NCBI GenBank assembly: GCA_000165425.1
Contig: CT868652.1
Location: forward strand, 124,001 to 188,000
Direction: 5' to 3'
Origin: Paramecium tetraurelia
Lineage: Eukaryota
DNA length: 64,000 nt
Positions 1 through 17,998 of this stretch are shown here, piece by piece; the stretch's first letter is position 1, and the number at the start of each line of letters is the position of its first letter. The notes under the pieces are model-generated. The model was not told where the DNA came from. It worked only from the letters and a program-made list of their open reading frames with translations, and made no database searches. The position numbers and the translations under genes are program-made.

Positions 1-558
1 ATTTTATGGAATTGCAAGATTGGAAGGGCAAAAAGCATAGCAATCCCTTTTATTTCAAATTTGCAGTTATCTCATAAATAAGGTATTCATTGCTATCATA
101 AATGAATAATTAATGAAACATGCCCTTCATGAAAGTGCAGCATTATTCTTATACAATTTTACCTGCATACTCGCCATCATATTTAACCTTCATTTCATTT
201 TTTTGAATAAAAGGAATGGCAAATTTTCTTTCTGCTTGAATTGGAATATTGTTGTAAAAGTCCCTGGATGTAATGGTTAAGGGTCTCAAACTGGGGCAAC
301 AGATTGTTCTCATCAATTTGTGGTTTTCTTCTTCTTCGATATCCATGATTTTCTGAGTGAAATGAAAAGTATAAATACCATTCCCAATTATGAAAATGCC
401 TCATTTGATTGAAAGAGCTTGAAATTATTGGGAAGTTCACAAGGAAAGAGAGGAATGCCAATATTTGATGGGATGGGAAGAGTACAAACGCAGTATTCGA
501 GTGGATCATTCTCTTGTTGCAAAAGAGCACATTTAACATATTTGAGTCCTTCTGTCAT
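1..558 (-). CDS. Phospholipid scramblase-like protein (3' end runs off the window)
   Basis: Code-6 translation MTEGLKYVKCALLQQENDPLEYC...EEEENHKLMRTICCPSLRPLTI...YAGKIVQEQCCTF...FIYDSNEYLIYEITAN, with one short intron near 356-381. The Cys-rich 'R.CC...RP' and 'G.I.Q..C' pattern resembles scramblases. Confidence 0.6.
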
Positions 559-656
559 TGTTAATATTATATTTATATGTATTCACATAGAAATTCAATA
601 AAGCAATAATTTGATACAATCTCTGATAATATTTAATTTAGGTCCATAATTCATTA

Positions 657-1497
657 ATGTTCGCTAATCTTCCTGGAAAAGTAGCATTGATCACTGGTTC
701 AACAAGTGGCATTGGTTTGTCCGTTGCAAAGAAATTGGCATCTTAAGGTGTGCATATCGGACTCAATGGATTTGCAAAGCCAGAGGAGGTCGCAGCCATT
801 AGGAAAGAAATAGAGGGCTAATACAAAGTAAAGACATTCTATCACGGAGCAGATTTGAAGGAAGGACCATAAGTAGATTTGACAAATATCGATAGGTTAA
901 AAGCATGGTGTAGGAAACAAGCAAGGCTTTAGGAAGTGTTGATATCTTAGTCAACAATGCTGGAATTCAATACATAGAGACAGCAGTAAACTTCCCAGAA
1001 TAGAAATTCAATGACATTATAGCAATAAATCTCACTGCTGCATTTCTTACAACCAAATATTCATTGCCATAAATGCTTGATAAAAATTGGGGTCGTATCA
1101 TCAATATCGCAAGTGTTCATGGTATTGAAGTCATTCTCATATGATAGGATTGGTCGCTTCTGTGAATAAGTGTGCATATGTGGCTGCAAAACACGGTATT
1201 GTTGGATTAACAAAGGCAACAGCTCTTGAAGTTGCAAAGACAGGAGTCACTATCAATGCAGTTTGTCCTGGATGGGTAATGACCAAGTTGATAGAGACAC
1301 AAATCTAATAAAGGGCTGATTAATATAAGATATCATTTGAAGAAGCTTAAATAAAATTATTAGAAGAGAAGTAACCCTCTGTCACTCCAGTGCATACTGA
1401 TTAGTTGGGAGATTTGATTACATTCTTGTGTTCTGATTCAGCTTCTTAAATCAAAGGATCTGCATACACCATGGACGGTGGATGGACAGCATAATGA
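657..1497 (+). CDS. bdhA: D-3-hydroxybutyrate dehydrogenase (SDR, bacterial BdhA type)
   Basis: GKVALITGSTSGIG, DILVNNAGIQ, GRIINIASVHG, AYVAAKHG, NAVCPGWV, C-terminal DGGWTAQ*. Introns at 873-895 and 1122-1147. Confidence 0.9.
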
Positions 1498-1528
1498 TCT
1501 ATAAAATAATTATATAAAAGTTAATCAA

Positions 1529-4500
1529 TCATCTTTTTTTCTATGCAATTTGGATTATATTTTGGTTCAAATATCTTTTGGGAGATATTAATAATAATGA
1601 TGTTTAACAAGTCCCTATTGAATCCACTTACATTTTCAATAATAATCTTCCTAAAATCCAAATGATTGACAATCCCAGCACTCCAACACTCAGGATAAAT
1701 ATCATCAAAGTTTCCTTGTAGATTGACAAAGACTTATCGAATTATTCCTGGGCAGTTGTGACAACTTTATCGTATGCTTCAACTAAGATGTCACTTCCAT
1801 AATCAATGTAAATGGTGTGTTCTAAACCATCGAAGAAGTCACTCAGATGCTCTTGAGTGCTATTCCCATAATTATTGTAAAAGAACTAAGGATAAGATTC
1901 AATAATTTTGTTAATTTGAGTGATCAAATATTTCATCCCATGATGGTAGTATTGAATGATGTTAGGATTATGAAGATAAGTCTATGTTTCATTGCACAGG
2001 ATTCCCACAGATTACAAACAAATATCATCCTAATTTAAAGCTTCTAGATTTGTCTTTAATTATTGATCACTTATAATTGAGACGAAGTTATTGTTGAACT
2101 CTATGAATTGATCTTGTTTATCACTTCTTAATTCTTAAGAATAATTGATAAATTACACTTGACTCATAATGTTTATGAATCTCTCTTAATCATAAGTCTG
2201 ATAACTTATTAGATCCATATTATGGATTATGTTCATAAAAGAAGATTGAGCCAATTTAAAATTAAATAACAAATCTATGTTAGCTAGTAACTATTAGGAA
2301 AGTACGAAAATAACAAAGAAGATAATCAAGAAGTAAGCCAGAATAACAAAGAGTCCTATCAACAAAATAATAATGTATCTGGTTTGATTGATATGCTACC
2401 GTTTTAACTTTTCGTATAATTTATATTTATTTTTCTTATTGTTTGTATTCAAAAGCTAGGTTTAACTTTGATCCGTTAGTTGTTGATTATGGTATTGCAT
2501 ATTCTCAACGCTACTCTCAAACATCCTTGTTTCTGAAACGAAATCAATCAACATCCATTCATATAAGGATTTCTTAAAAATTGATTACACTTACTCATAT
2601 GTCTCGATCTCATCCTGTACTTCATATATTTACAATTTCATAACAACTTTGTATAATCTACGATGATCGTTAGATAATCTTGAGATTAATGGAATTTATA
2701 GAAATTGCAATAGCATAACCAGAAAGAAGATTACAACCATATAAATGGTCAATAATTATTGGGTTTATTCTTCATTTGTTATTTTATCATCGTAACAATA
2801 GTTAAATGCTAAATGTGGTAATTACCCAATTTCCTCTAAATTAGCAACAGCAATTTGAGTAATACTTGGATTCAGTAACGTATTATTTCTAATTTTATAA
2901 AATTGGGCTAAACTCATTTAAATAGTCTCTTATAACGTTGGTTTTTGGATTAATTCATCCTCAACATTGTAAAATTAATTTACACTAAACTCTACCTAGT
3001 TGATATCAAATAATTAATTGCTTTGCAAATTGATGAAGTCCTGCAAACCTAAGTCTACCTATTATAAATAGAACAATCTCATCTTTACATCCATTTGGAA
3101 TTAAGAATCCAATTCTATACGATACAGTCCATGTGTAATTTAGGAGTAGGCTTTTTAGGTAGACAACATCAAATCTATTAGATTGAGACAATCTCCAAAA
3201 TCATATTTCTGGTACACAGCTATGGTCAGTAGAATGATATAGCCTACAATTAAGAATAAGACAATGTAAAGCAGATATTTTTGTACTCTAAATGTAGTTG
3301 GGTTTATGAAATCTTCAATTTTTTATAAGGTCGATTTATAATTAGAATCAAATAATTTTAGGTTTTCTGAATATTTGACTTAGTATTCCTCTTAGATTTA
3401 TTATTATGATGCTCGACTGTCCATAGCCAATTTGCTGTCATTTTCATTAAAGAAATCTTATTATTTTTTCTTAGCAAATGCTTTGGAATTCATAGTAGTG
3501 ACTTACTTTTCTGTGTTTTTAATTAAAGATTCTTATGAATTGAGAGTAAACTTTTATTGAATTTCAACTTCATCACTTCGACTAGATAATAATTGAGCAT
3601 TATCCATTTACTTAAAAGGACTGGATAATTGATCCAACTTTTATGAGTCTATGTAGATGTCTTCAAAGTAATGAGAGGGATGTGATGGAAATAGATAATT
3701 GGTCACTTCAGCATCATGATCACTTCTTTATTCACTGATATTTCCCTAGACGCTAATGGAATCTTCAGTTTACAATTGCTATTCTATTAACTACCGTTTA
3801 GATTGATAGTTTTAGAAGGTTTGTTTAATCGTGTCTCTCACTTATCTTTTGTATCCCATAGTTGTCAGTAGTAATTATTCATTCACAATTAATTCAATTA
3901 AGAACATTTACTATTTCAAATCAATATCATTCTTTTTGTATCTATACTCTTCATAATTAACTGAATAGTAAACTGGTACAGGATTGAAATCCTGAGGAAC
4001 AATTTTTTCAATGTATTTTGTGTACTTATCCTAATAGATTTTCTCTGCTCTTGTTTTAAGTTATTCACTGTCTTCTTCACTTGGAATGGAAACTTAGGTT
4101 TAAGATTGTGGTTTGACTGAAGTCTTCTACATTTCTGATTGTCTAGTTGTTCCAAATTGCAATGCTTGATGTCTTTTCAAATGTTCATCATAGAAAAATG
4201 CACACAACTTCTCATTAAAAATGCTAACTGCCTATTAGACACTGACCGAATCACTCTCTTGATCATACTTCTACCCCTTATACTAACTACCACTTGAGAA
4301 GTTGTTGGATTAAACGCGAGTATCATCTATAATCTTCTACAAGGCCTTTTCATATTATTACACAAACAAATGCAAGTCCTCTGGAACAAATAAGTAGGTC
4401 TCTTTATTACTAACCACATTGTTACTATTCTCTAAATCAATCAAATTTGGATATCTATTTTTTGGAGGTGTCTCACCATCCATCAAATATTCAATCCCTG

Positions 4501-7073
4501 TTTATTCAATTTCTCTACAAATGAAAGGCAGAAGCATCCATATCAATACCTTATTATAAAAGTCATCAATGGTTAAAATGGAATTCGACCATTGTTAATC
4601 ATAAACATCATAACTCTCACTTTCTAAAGAAGATATTTCTGATCTGCTCTTCTCTACACTCGGCTATTTAAGCGAAGATAAGTTTTAATTAGCTCTTAAT
4701 CTTTGCAATCTATCTATCATTTTGAATAGACCCTAAGTCACTCCTAAAATATTTCCATTAACATCAAAAAGAATGTGTTGTACTCCCTTAAATACTACAT
4801 TCTTCAATTTCTTTGCTTCCTCTACTGATACTTTTGGTTGCTACTCCTCCAATGACTTAAGACACCCTATCATTGTGAAATCATCAGTTAAATCCTTACT
4901 AAAATTGTGTGCAAGATACACCTAACATCGAATTAATGTCTAATCGTAAATCTTTGCAAATGTCTAAAAGTACTTACCTATTCTGGCTGTTCCTCCCCTT
5001 CTGATATAATTTTGCATTATCTCATCGTGCACAGGTGATAACCAGGCAGGCATCAGAGTATTAATATTCCCTTTAGTGTAATCAAGAAATGCCTCCAATG
5101 GATTGTCAAAATGCCCAAATCCAAAAAACTTAGGTATTAATGGTGAAATAACTTCATTCAGCACTTTACCTATATTCGGCCCTTAAGCTATACATACTTT
5201 CACGGATATTGCCTCCCCTTTAAAGAAATTGATATTCGTAATTTCAAAGGTATTCATACTTTTCTCTTACTACAAAATCTCTCTCCTCTCTAAATTAATA
5301 AGATAAAGTTCTTACCTTTTTCCAACTCAAAGTATTTTCTCACATTGTTAAATAATAACAAATCAATCAAAGCACTATATTTTAGGAATTGTACATTAAA
5401 GGTTCTTCCATTGTTATAGAAAATAGGTTGATAGACCTTTAATTAGTATAGAATTTAATGTTTGAGTAGTTGTAGTTTCTAAACTTGCTGCTCAATATCG
5501 GAAAAACTAACAAATTTACCTGCCAAATAGCTCTTCCAAAATTGGATCTTAAAATGACTGAGTTACATCAACAAAGGAAGAATGTTCTGTTTTATTTATT
5601 CCATTTAGTATAGTGTCTATACTATGCTTCTTTCACTCTTACTGACTTATAACTTTACATTCGACACCCTTGTATCTTTATTTATATTATAGTCTTCGTC
5701 CTTTTGCATCTATGCTTAGAGAATGTATTGCAATAGTAGACAAATCTGAATGAAATAAAATGAATAATCTCTCTTCTTTTAAAATAAGATCTTCAATTCT
5801 TAATAACTCTTCGGAGCATTATTCCTATACTTGTTAATGAAGGTTAAGAATTTTAGACTATAAATTTCTAGGTTTTTGTAATCGCTCCTATGTTTTTCGA
5901 ATCCTATCCTAAATAAACACGATGTTAAAATAACCGCATCATCCCACCTTAATATTCCACTGGCTCCAAATCTACGGCATTAACATTTTACAGATTAGCA
6001 TCGATTAAAATGCAAACTAAATTTCTATATTAATTCTATCGTTCTCTTCTTACTCCTCTGTGTTGCTTATATTATCTCAAAGAAGTCTTCTATGATCAGC
6101 AGTTCCTAGTATTAATTCATTGTATTATGGTATGTTTTTAATCTCTTATCTTGCATTAAGACATGAAACAAATATTAAGTAATTGGTTGAGTGACCAGCA
6201 TTAGGGTAGAGAGACTGTAACGCAATTCTGGATTTTTGTACATGATTGTAGTGAAAATGAATACCAAAATATGCATCACTAACAATCTATTGTAAATGAT
6301 TGAATATTTGGAAAATCTATGTTTTTAATTAAATTTATACCCAAAAGGTAATTAAAAATAAGCTTCGTAAAACAATATTAGTATGATTATTCCATGTATA
6401 GTTCTACTGATGATGTTCATCATTTGATCTTAGCTCTGATTCAAGATGGCCATTGGAATGATTAGTAACTGCGCCACGCAATTATTGTAGGTGAAATGTT
6501 TTCTCAGTTGTAGTTCGTTGAATTCGAAATTTATGAAATAGATGTTCGAAATAGTCAGGGATACTACTGAAAAGAGCAAGTTCAGCAATGCCAATATCAA
6601 AAGCAATAGATCATTTTAACACATCAGGTTCCAACTTATGTAATGCATTTGAGGAAGGTAGAGAAGCCAAGTGAAATACAGGAAATAGTAATTCACTAAC
6701 TTTGTGGCAGACTTTTAATTTAAGTGTTTTCTTTTACCTTTAAGATCGATTTTGATATGATATCTACGTTTTAGTTTTCGCTTCTGATTTTTCTATGTAA
6801 AATTATAAGATAAGGCAAGACATTTAGAATAGCCAATAGAACCCCCGTCAATATGTTAATTGCGTAAATATCTTAGAATAGGGTTGTCAATATGCTGATT
6901 TCTGAAAGCGCTTTAATCAATCTGAAAATATTCTCATCATACTGCTATGTTATAAAATGAGTGAGCTATAAATGATAAATGAGAATCTATAAAGCAGTCA
7001 ATTTGATATTATTTATGGATGGAGATAGATTGGTCTAAATGATCAAATTCATGTAATCACGAATCCATTACAT
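1529..7073 (-). CDS. Large multi-pass membrane protein with PAS domain (TmcB/TmcC-like), about 1800 aa
   Basis: Long code-6 frame starting MQWIRDYMNLII. It has an N-terminal hydrophobic TM cluster, a PAS-like segment FFGF...GNINTLMPAWLSPVHDEIMQNYIRRGGTARIGKYFQTFAK (about 4900-5160), spaced C-terminal TMs and ends LLLISPKRYLNQNIIQIAQKKR*. Internal exon structure was not fully traced. Confidence 0.75.
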
Positions 7074-8499
7074 AATTAATTAATTTAAATTCATTTTCAC
7101 TCTATCACACTTCCACCTCATCTCCAATTGCACTCATAAACCCTCAGCTTTCAAAACTTCAATCAACATTATCTATCCAATACTAATAATCATAACTATA
7201 TAATATAAGATATTATCATAATAATTCTTATTAATTCTATTCAAAATCCATATCCACGTTCTTAACATCTCAATCCCTTTATATTTATAAGAATACCCTC
7301 AAGAACCTTAATTTGCTGAAGAAATTTGTAAATTAATTTTGATTACACCTAAATATAATAGATAATAGCATATCAATAGCTTTCCTGATTTTTAAGTATA
7401 AAATAAATTATTCATTGATTCTAATCTTTAGATTAACAACTGGTACATACACCTACTAAAGAATCATTTAGATGAGTTTATGCTGATATTTAATTTTAAA
7501 CTTTTATTATTCTTCTTACTTATAATGACCTTTAGCAGATAAATCTAAGTTTAAATTTGATATTAAAGCGCAAGGTTTATTTTATTATATTACAAATGGA
7601 AATGATAATGATCCTACCAAGTATATATTATTTCAGTCAACTTTTTATTAATCATATGCACTTTTTCATTTAAATAAAAAATGTACTTATTCTAATGGCT
7701 TTCAGTATTTACTTTATTAATATTTCTATTTATTTTCACTTTAGAATTTCCTTTTTTTAATTTAAGTTAGTTAATTAAATATAATTTAGGAATAAAACTT
7801 TATAGGCTATATATGCACTTTATATAGCATTATGTTTATTGAAATAAGCTGTCAATGTAGTTTAGTAATTCTTACATTTATTATATTTTAGGTTTTTTTC
7901 ATTCCAAATAGGGAATATGGAATTTAATTTAATTTTGTTTAAACTAAATTAAATGTTACAAGTAATATAAAAATATGAGCATAAATTTGTACTCTCAGTT
8001 TAATTCACATAGAATTAAAATGGAACCAAATAATTCATTAGCCTATACTATTATTATAATATTACATCCATCTAACTGAATATGTATTTCATAATCATAT
8101 TATACCTCAATAAAAGGTTTGATTTGAATTTATCAATGTATGTAAAATCTTAAGAGACTAATAATCAATCAATATTTCTCCAATAATTATTAAGTGATGA
8201 TTGGTTGTCAATTCAATAGTTAATATTCTTGTTTTCTTTTTGAAAGGCAATTATTATTGTGAAATATTGTGTATTGAACAAAATTTTTGTGTGCTATAGC
8301 ATTACTTTGACTATATAATTTAGAGTCTTCTCTCAATAGGGTTTATTATTTAGAGGAATCTAGTTGATCATCATTAGAAGTTTACTCTAGCGATATTATT
8401 ATTATTTCAAATTAGTCTTGAATTATTAATTGTAAACATAATTCAAATACTTTTATATTTAATATAATACATAGAGTTGTATTGAAATCATATATACAA

Positions 8500-9302
8500 T
8501 CATAAAAATAGAGCCATATAAGTGTTTATGAATGCTATGGAAAGGAAAGCAATGCCTCCGAGAAAATTGAAATTTTTTTCAGATACTTAATTTGCAATCA
8601 ATTTTCCACCATGAACTGCTATAACGGTGCAAAAAAAGTGGGCCATAATGGCACCCAAGAATATATAGAATGGGTTATAGATTGCAGTCAGACTTATGGT
8701 GGTAATTTGACTTTTATCGCCCCATTCTCCCAAAAGCGTTAAAGTAAATGCCTACCAAACCACGGATTGGAATTGCACTTATATAAAATCTATTGTTAAA
8801 TAATGAGGGTGCTTACTTTTGGTCACATTGTCATTCACTTGGTCGGTCTCTGGATCTGGCAGATTCATCAATTTTTTATCCAAGGTGGTCAGCTCCTATT
8901 CAACTTCTTGTAGTTCTTCCTTTTCTTTCTGCATGGTGTACCAGGCATAGAGAAACTTAACACCAAAACCATAAAAAACAATTGAAACTAGAACCTAAGC
9001 GTAGAGGATTGAAATCAATTCTGGAATGACGAGTCCAAAAATGGTGCTGATGATTGTGATGAGTATTAGTGCCAGAGTAGAGCCGATCAGAACTGCTATT
9101 CGGTTATATTTAATAGACATTATAGCAGCTAAGAAGAAGGTCTATTATAGTATGACAATTCACATATTACTTTATCACCCAATTCAGTAACAATAATTGA
9201 ACAAAATGATTGGGATAAACTAAGTAATATTTTATCATTTCCATCAAAGCATAAGGCTTCTGTAATCAAAATGAAGAATAATGTTATGGTGTGACATTTC
9301 AT
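8500..9302 (-). CDS. GDT1: GDT1/TMEM165 (UPF0016) Ca2+/Mn2+ transporter
   Basis: Two signature motifs, TELGDKTFF (split by an intron) and GEWGDKSQITTI, with an acidic central loop and a signal-peptide-like N-terminus MKCHTITLFFILITEALC. Confidence 0.9.
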
Positions 9303-9589
9303 AAAATAAATAATTCTTATTAATAATAGTGTTATTTGACCGGAGCATTCCCTCAGTATATACAGAGCATCCTCAGAAGTAAGGTGGAAATTAAATGTTC
9401 CAAATTTAGGAATGATTTGGGGACCAAAGACATATTTGAGGGAGAGGAGAGACCACTCGATATTATTGAATGGGCTTGGGGGGGACTCAATTAATTGTGA
9501 TTTACGGAATGTGAGAGAGAGTTGAATTGTATAAATTCTTTTAAAATTAATTATTAATTAGAATAGTTAATAAATATTCTAAATATCAG

Positions 9590-10783
9590 ATGAACATGCA
9601 ATAATTTCCAAATTATTACCCTTATATATTAGAACCTTAGGTAACATTTTAGGGGGAGATTGAACAACAAAGTATGACAATAATGCATTATAAATTCAGA
9701 ATAGAGCTCCAGTTCAAATTACAATGAGTTTAACTTCATTCATTAGAATTTTTATCCTCCTGCATATTCTCATTATTAATTCGAGTACGTTCAAGAGAAC
9801 GAAATCCCAAGTTAAATGAAGAATAAAAAAAGCAAAAAAAATAAGTAATTAATTGAATATAGAAAACAGGAATAACGACTAAAAGGGGTTATTGCCAAAG
9901 ACCATAGAATCGGAGAAACAAATTGTTGAAGATCTGCAATAAATAGCTGTCTCACAATAGTAGGGAGACTAGATGTAAATATACATAAAATTTGATTTAA
10001 GAATCAAGCCCATCACTCCTTATACAGTTCTACACTATAAGCAGGGGAGTGCAATGCCCAAACTCCAATCTGATTTGGTTTCAAATTAACAGAACGAAGG
10101 GGCAGGATCATAGGAAGGTTCTCAATAAACCCAGAAGCAAAAAGGATAGAATCAACAAATAAAGAAACCGAAGAAGGAGAATATGAATACTGGTCATTGG
10201 TCGACTGATGAACACTCGACTTATATTTAATTTTTGCAACAATACGAGAATATCATGGCATCTTCGATGATGAAGAAGACTTCTAAGATATTCAAATAGA
10301 TGAGTGAATTGATTGGAACCAGGACTCCTAGTTAGTGTCGGAGTCACCATCAGAAATTTAACCCTTATGCGTTGCGAGGGGAAAATGGGAAACGATTGCC
10401 AAGGACTGAAAGGAGCAGGGCAGGCAGGAAGAAGAAGAACCAATAATGTGATGTGCCTAAGGCAGGTAATGTTTATAACATGAATAAAAGAGGAAGGAAA
10501 TTTGATTATGAATTACGAGGCTGCCGATCCTTATTACTACATGATGTTGGAACAACAGAAATACTACTATGCTGGTTTGCATCAGGACTACTGGAACCAA
10601 GCATAGGAGGTGGAGTAGAATCAGAGCATCAAGAAAGAGGAAGAGCCTGATCATTTGAATCACGGGTAGATGTAGTAGTCTGAATTTGATGAATATTTGA
10701 AATATAGTTCCTAAAGGAATGGAAACTAGCTGGATTACAATTTCGATGTTAGAAATCAAGCAGTAAGCGATTTATTAATGTGA
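9590..10783 (+). CDS. Single-repeat Myb/SANT (SHAQKY-class) transcription factor
   Basis: NTGHWSTDEHSTYIQFL...IFKQMSELIGTRTPSQCRSHHQKF at about 10185-10360. Four short GT..AG introns restore one frame. Confidence 0.8.
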
Positions 10784-10893
10784 TAATTTTATTATGTGAC
10801 ATGATATACAACCATTTAAATTATTCATACACCCCCAGAAACTCCCCTTTATCATCCATTTCTAAATTTTATATAAATCAATTAATACTTCAT

Positions 10894-15594
<4,701 letters not shown>

Positions 15595-15654
15595 TACTAC
15601 TAAGCATTTAATTATAACAATTATATTTGAATATTTAAGTATCATAACAACTCT

Positions 15655-17814
15655 TCAAATATTTAGTTTATCAAAAATATTTAGTTTATCAAGATGTTCG
15701 TACTCTTCATTCAAAGTCACTTTTCTATACATGAATCTTGTGGCTGGTAGGTTATTTCGATCTTCAGCATCTACAAATCATATGAAATCACAAATTACTT
15801 TTTTATGCAATTCTATCATTATAATTTTCTCCAATCCAAAAATCTTTGATTTCCTTTTCGAAACTGCTTTGTCTCACTGAATTTCTGGCTAATTCAGCCT
15901 AATCAATGGCTGACAAATCAAAAATCTATGATGCTATAGCATATTCTTCTAACAAAGGTTCATTTGTCAAATGTAAAATCAATGGATCATCAGTTGATAA
16001 ACAAACATTCAAACCAATTTAAAAGTACTTTTAAAACGGAGATTTTTAATAACGACAAAACAATTTATTATTTGAAACTGGTGACATTGCTATTCCAATT
16101 TATTTTAAATAAAACAAGTATTCCAAAACTGGAGACTTTTGCAATTCCAACCCATGATTTATACCATCGGATACCAAGTAGGCAGTTGCCAAATGATCAA
16201 TGTTTCCAGCCTCTCCACAATGAGGTCGAAATTTAAACGTATTTAATCCTCTCTACTTTCTTAAGGCATTTAAAGTATATAAATTTGCATAAATGTAATA
16301 AATCCAATAGGTATAAGGTGGATTTCTATCTCCAGCCCAATCCTTAGGACATTATTTCAAGTCTGAAATTGCAAAGTATTCATACAAAGATTCATCATCA
16401 ACAGTATCAAAGCCTGTTATTTGGAATAAGGCTTGATATAGAAAAGGGTCTATGGTTGGGTTAATTGTAATATCAAAGAGAGGTCTAAAGATGTTATCAA
16501 TCATATCTTAAAAACAATGAATCATGCCAGACTTTTTATAGACACTATAGAGTCTGGGGATTTGAACCATCCATCTAACCTTGGAAGAGTAGAGTTTGTT
16601 CTTTATTAACCACTTTCCTAACTTATGCCATTCTTCCATAGATTTGCCATAGATAGATACTCTCCATTCACACCCTACATATTGTTGTTTATCTAATTGA
16701 TCCATCAATTCCTTAGTCAAATCTGCAAGGTATTTCCCTTTAATGTAATTATCTGTCTTCAGAAATATCTCCCTTAATTTAGGAGTGCCCATAGGATTAT
16801 ACTTATTATTAAATCTATCAAATCTCTTATAGATTCCTTTGTCTGCTTGCACATCCAGAGTATTCAAGGATAAATCAATGGGATCAACGTTAATACTTTT
16901 GAAGATGTCTTTTAAACGAATCTTAGTTCCATCTTTGATGTCAACATGATCATCTCCACACTTTTCATATTTCCTTTAAATGAATTCCAACAAGTGTTTT
17001 GCACTCATGGCTGCTGAATGATGAATGTGAGTGTCTACTTTAAAGACATTATAAAAATCTCTTCTTATAATATTCTTTTAATCTAATTATTCATTTTAAT
17101 GATTGAAACTATTGATGATAATTATTTTACATTTCATGCATTTAAAATTTTTACTCTAGGAATTTGAGTCTATCGTAACAAAAGCTAGCAATTGAATTAT
17201 TACCTACACATTTCATTAGATTGATTAAATCACTTATAAATTACAACATAGTTGGTACAATGACATCAATATTCTCACCTGACTTCGTAAAAATGATTCC
17301 ATCTTCTTAGAGAACTTCAGTATTTTCTAAGATTGGTAGGACATCAACTCTTCTATTCCAAATAATATATGGTTCATTTTTAGAGTTATATTAAACAAAT
17401 TTGCTTGAAATTTCACTTTATTCATGGCCATCGAATGAATAGTAGTCTCTCAATTTCAGTAACTCAAGGATCTTAATGGCAGAATCTTCTGATTCTTTAG
17501 ATTTTGCTCCTTTGTATTGTTTTCCAGGTTTGATTCTCAAAATGTCAAAATTTAATGCTTCCTTGATTTCTTCTTCTGCTATGTCACTAATTCTCCGAGT
17601 GGCTTTGGCAGCATAGCCAAATTAGTTACCAAAAACAGTTTTTTACTATGTTAGGAACTATTCATACATTTTTAGAATCCTCTCTAGCCAACTTTAAATC
17701 AAGACATTGTTTTTGCAGATTTTATTCTTCAGCAACATATTACATTGATAGTCCTTGAGCATCAGGTTCTAATGTCAATTACTTATCACTAGATCTCCCT
17801 TAGAATTCGAGCAT
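15655..17814 (-). CDS. AMPD: AMP deaminase
   Basis: [75 protein letters not shown]. Short introns present. Confidence 0.95.
15657..15692. repeat. Exact 18-bp tandem duplication (aaatatttagtttatcaa x2) at the AMPD 3' end
   Basis: Directly visible. Encodes ...[12 protein letters not shown]. Confidence 0.9.
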
Positions 17815-17998
17815 TTAATTATATAAATTATGAAATAGTGTATTTTAAAAGTATGAATAGAGATTGGTATTGAAATTAATGATTCCTATTGTTGTTAAAT
17901 AATTTCTAATAATATATTATTTGTATTCTTGATTTAAAATATAACGAGAATCTAATTTTTGATAGATATATTATTCTATAAATTACACTAAAACTTTA

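Noticed and set aside
7074..8499. Gene or mobile element in the 1.4-kb AT-rich spacer
   Set aside because: No convincing frame, terminal repeats or known motif was found.
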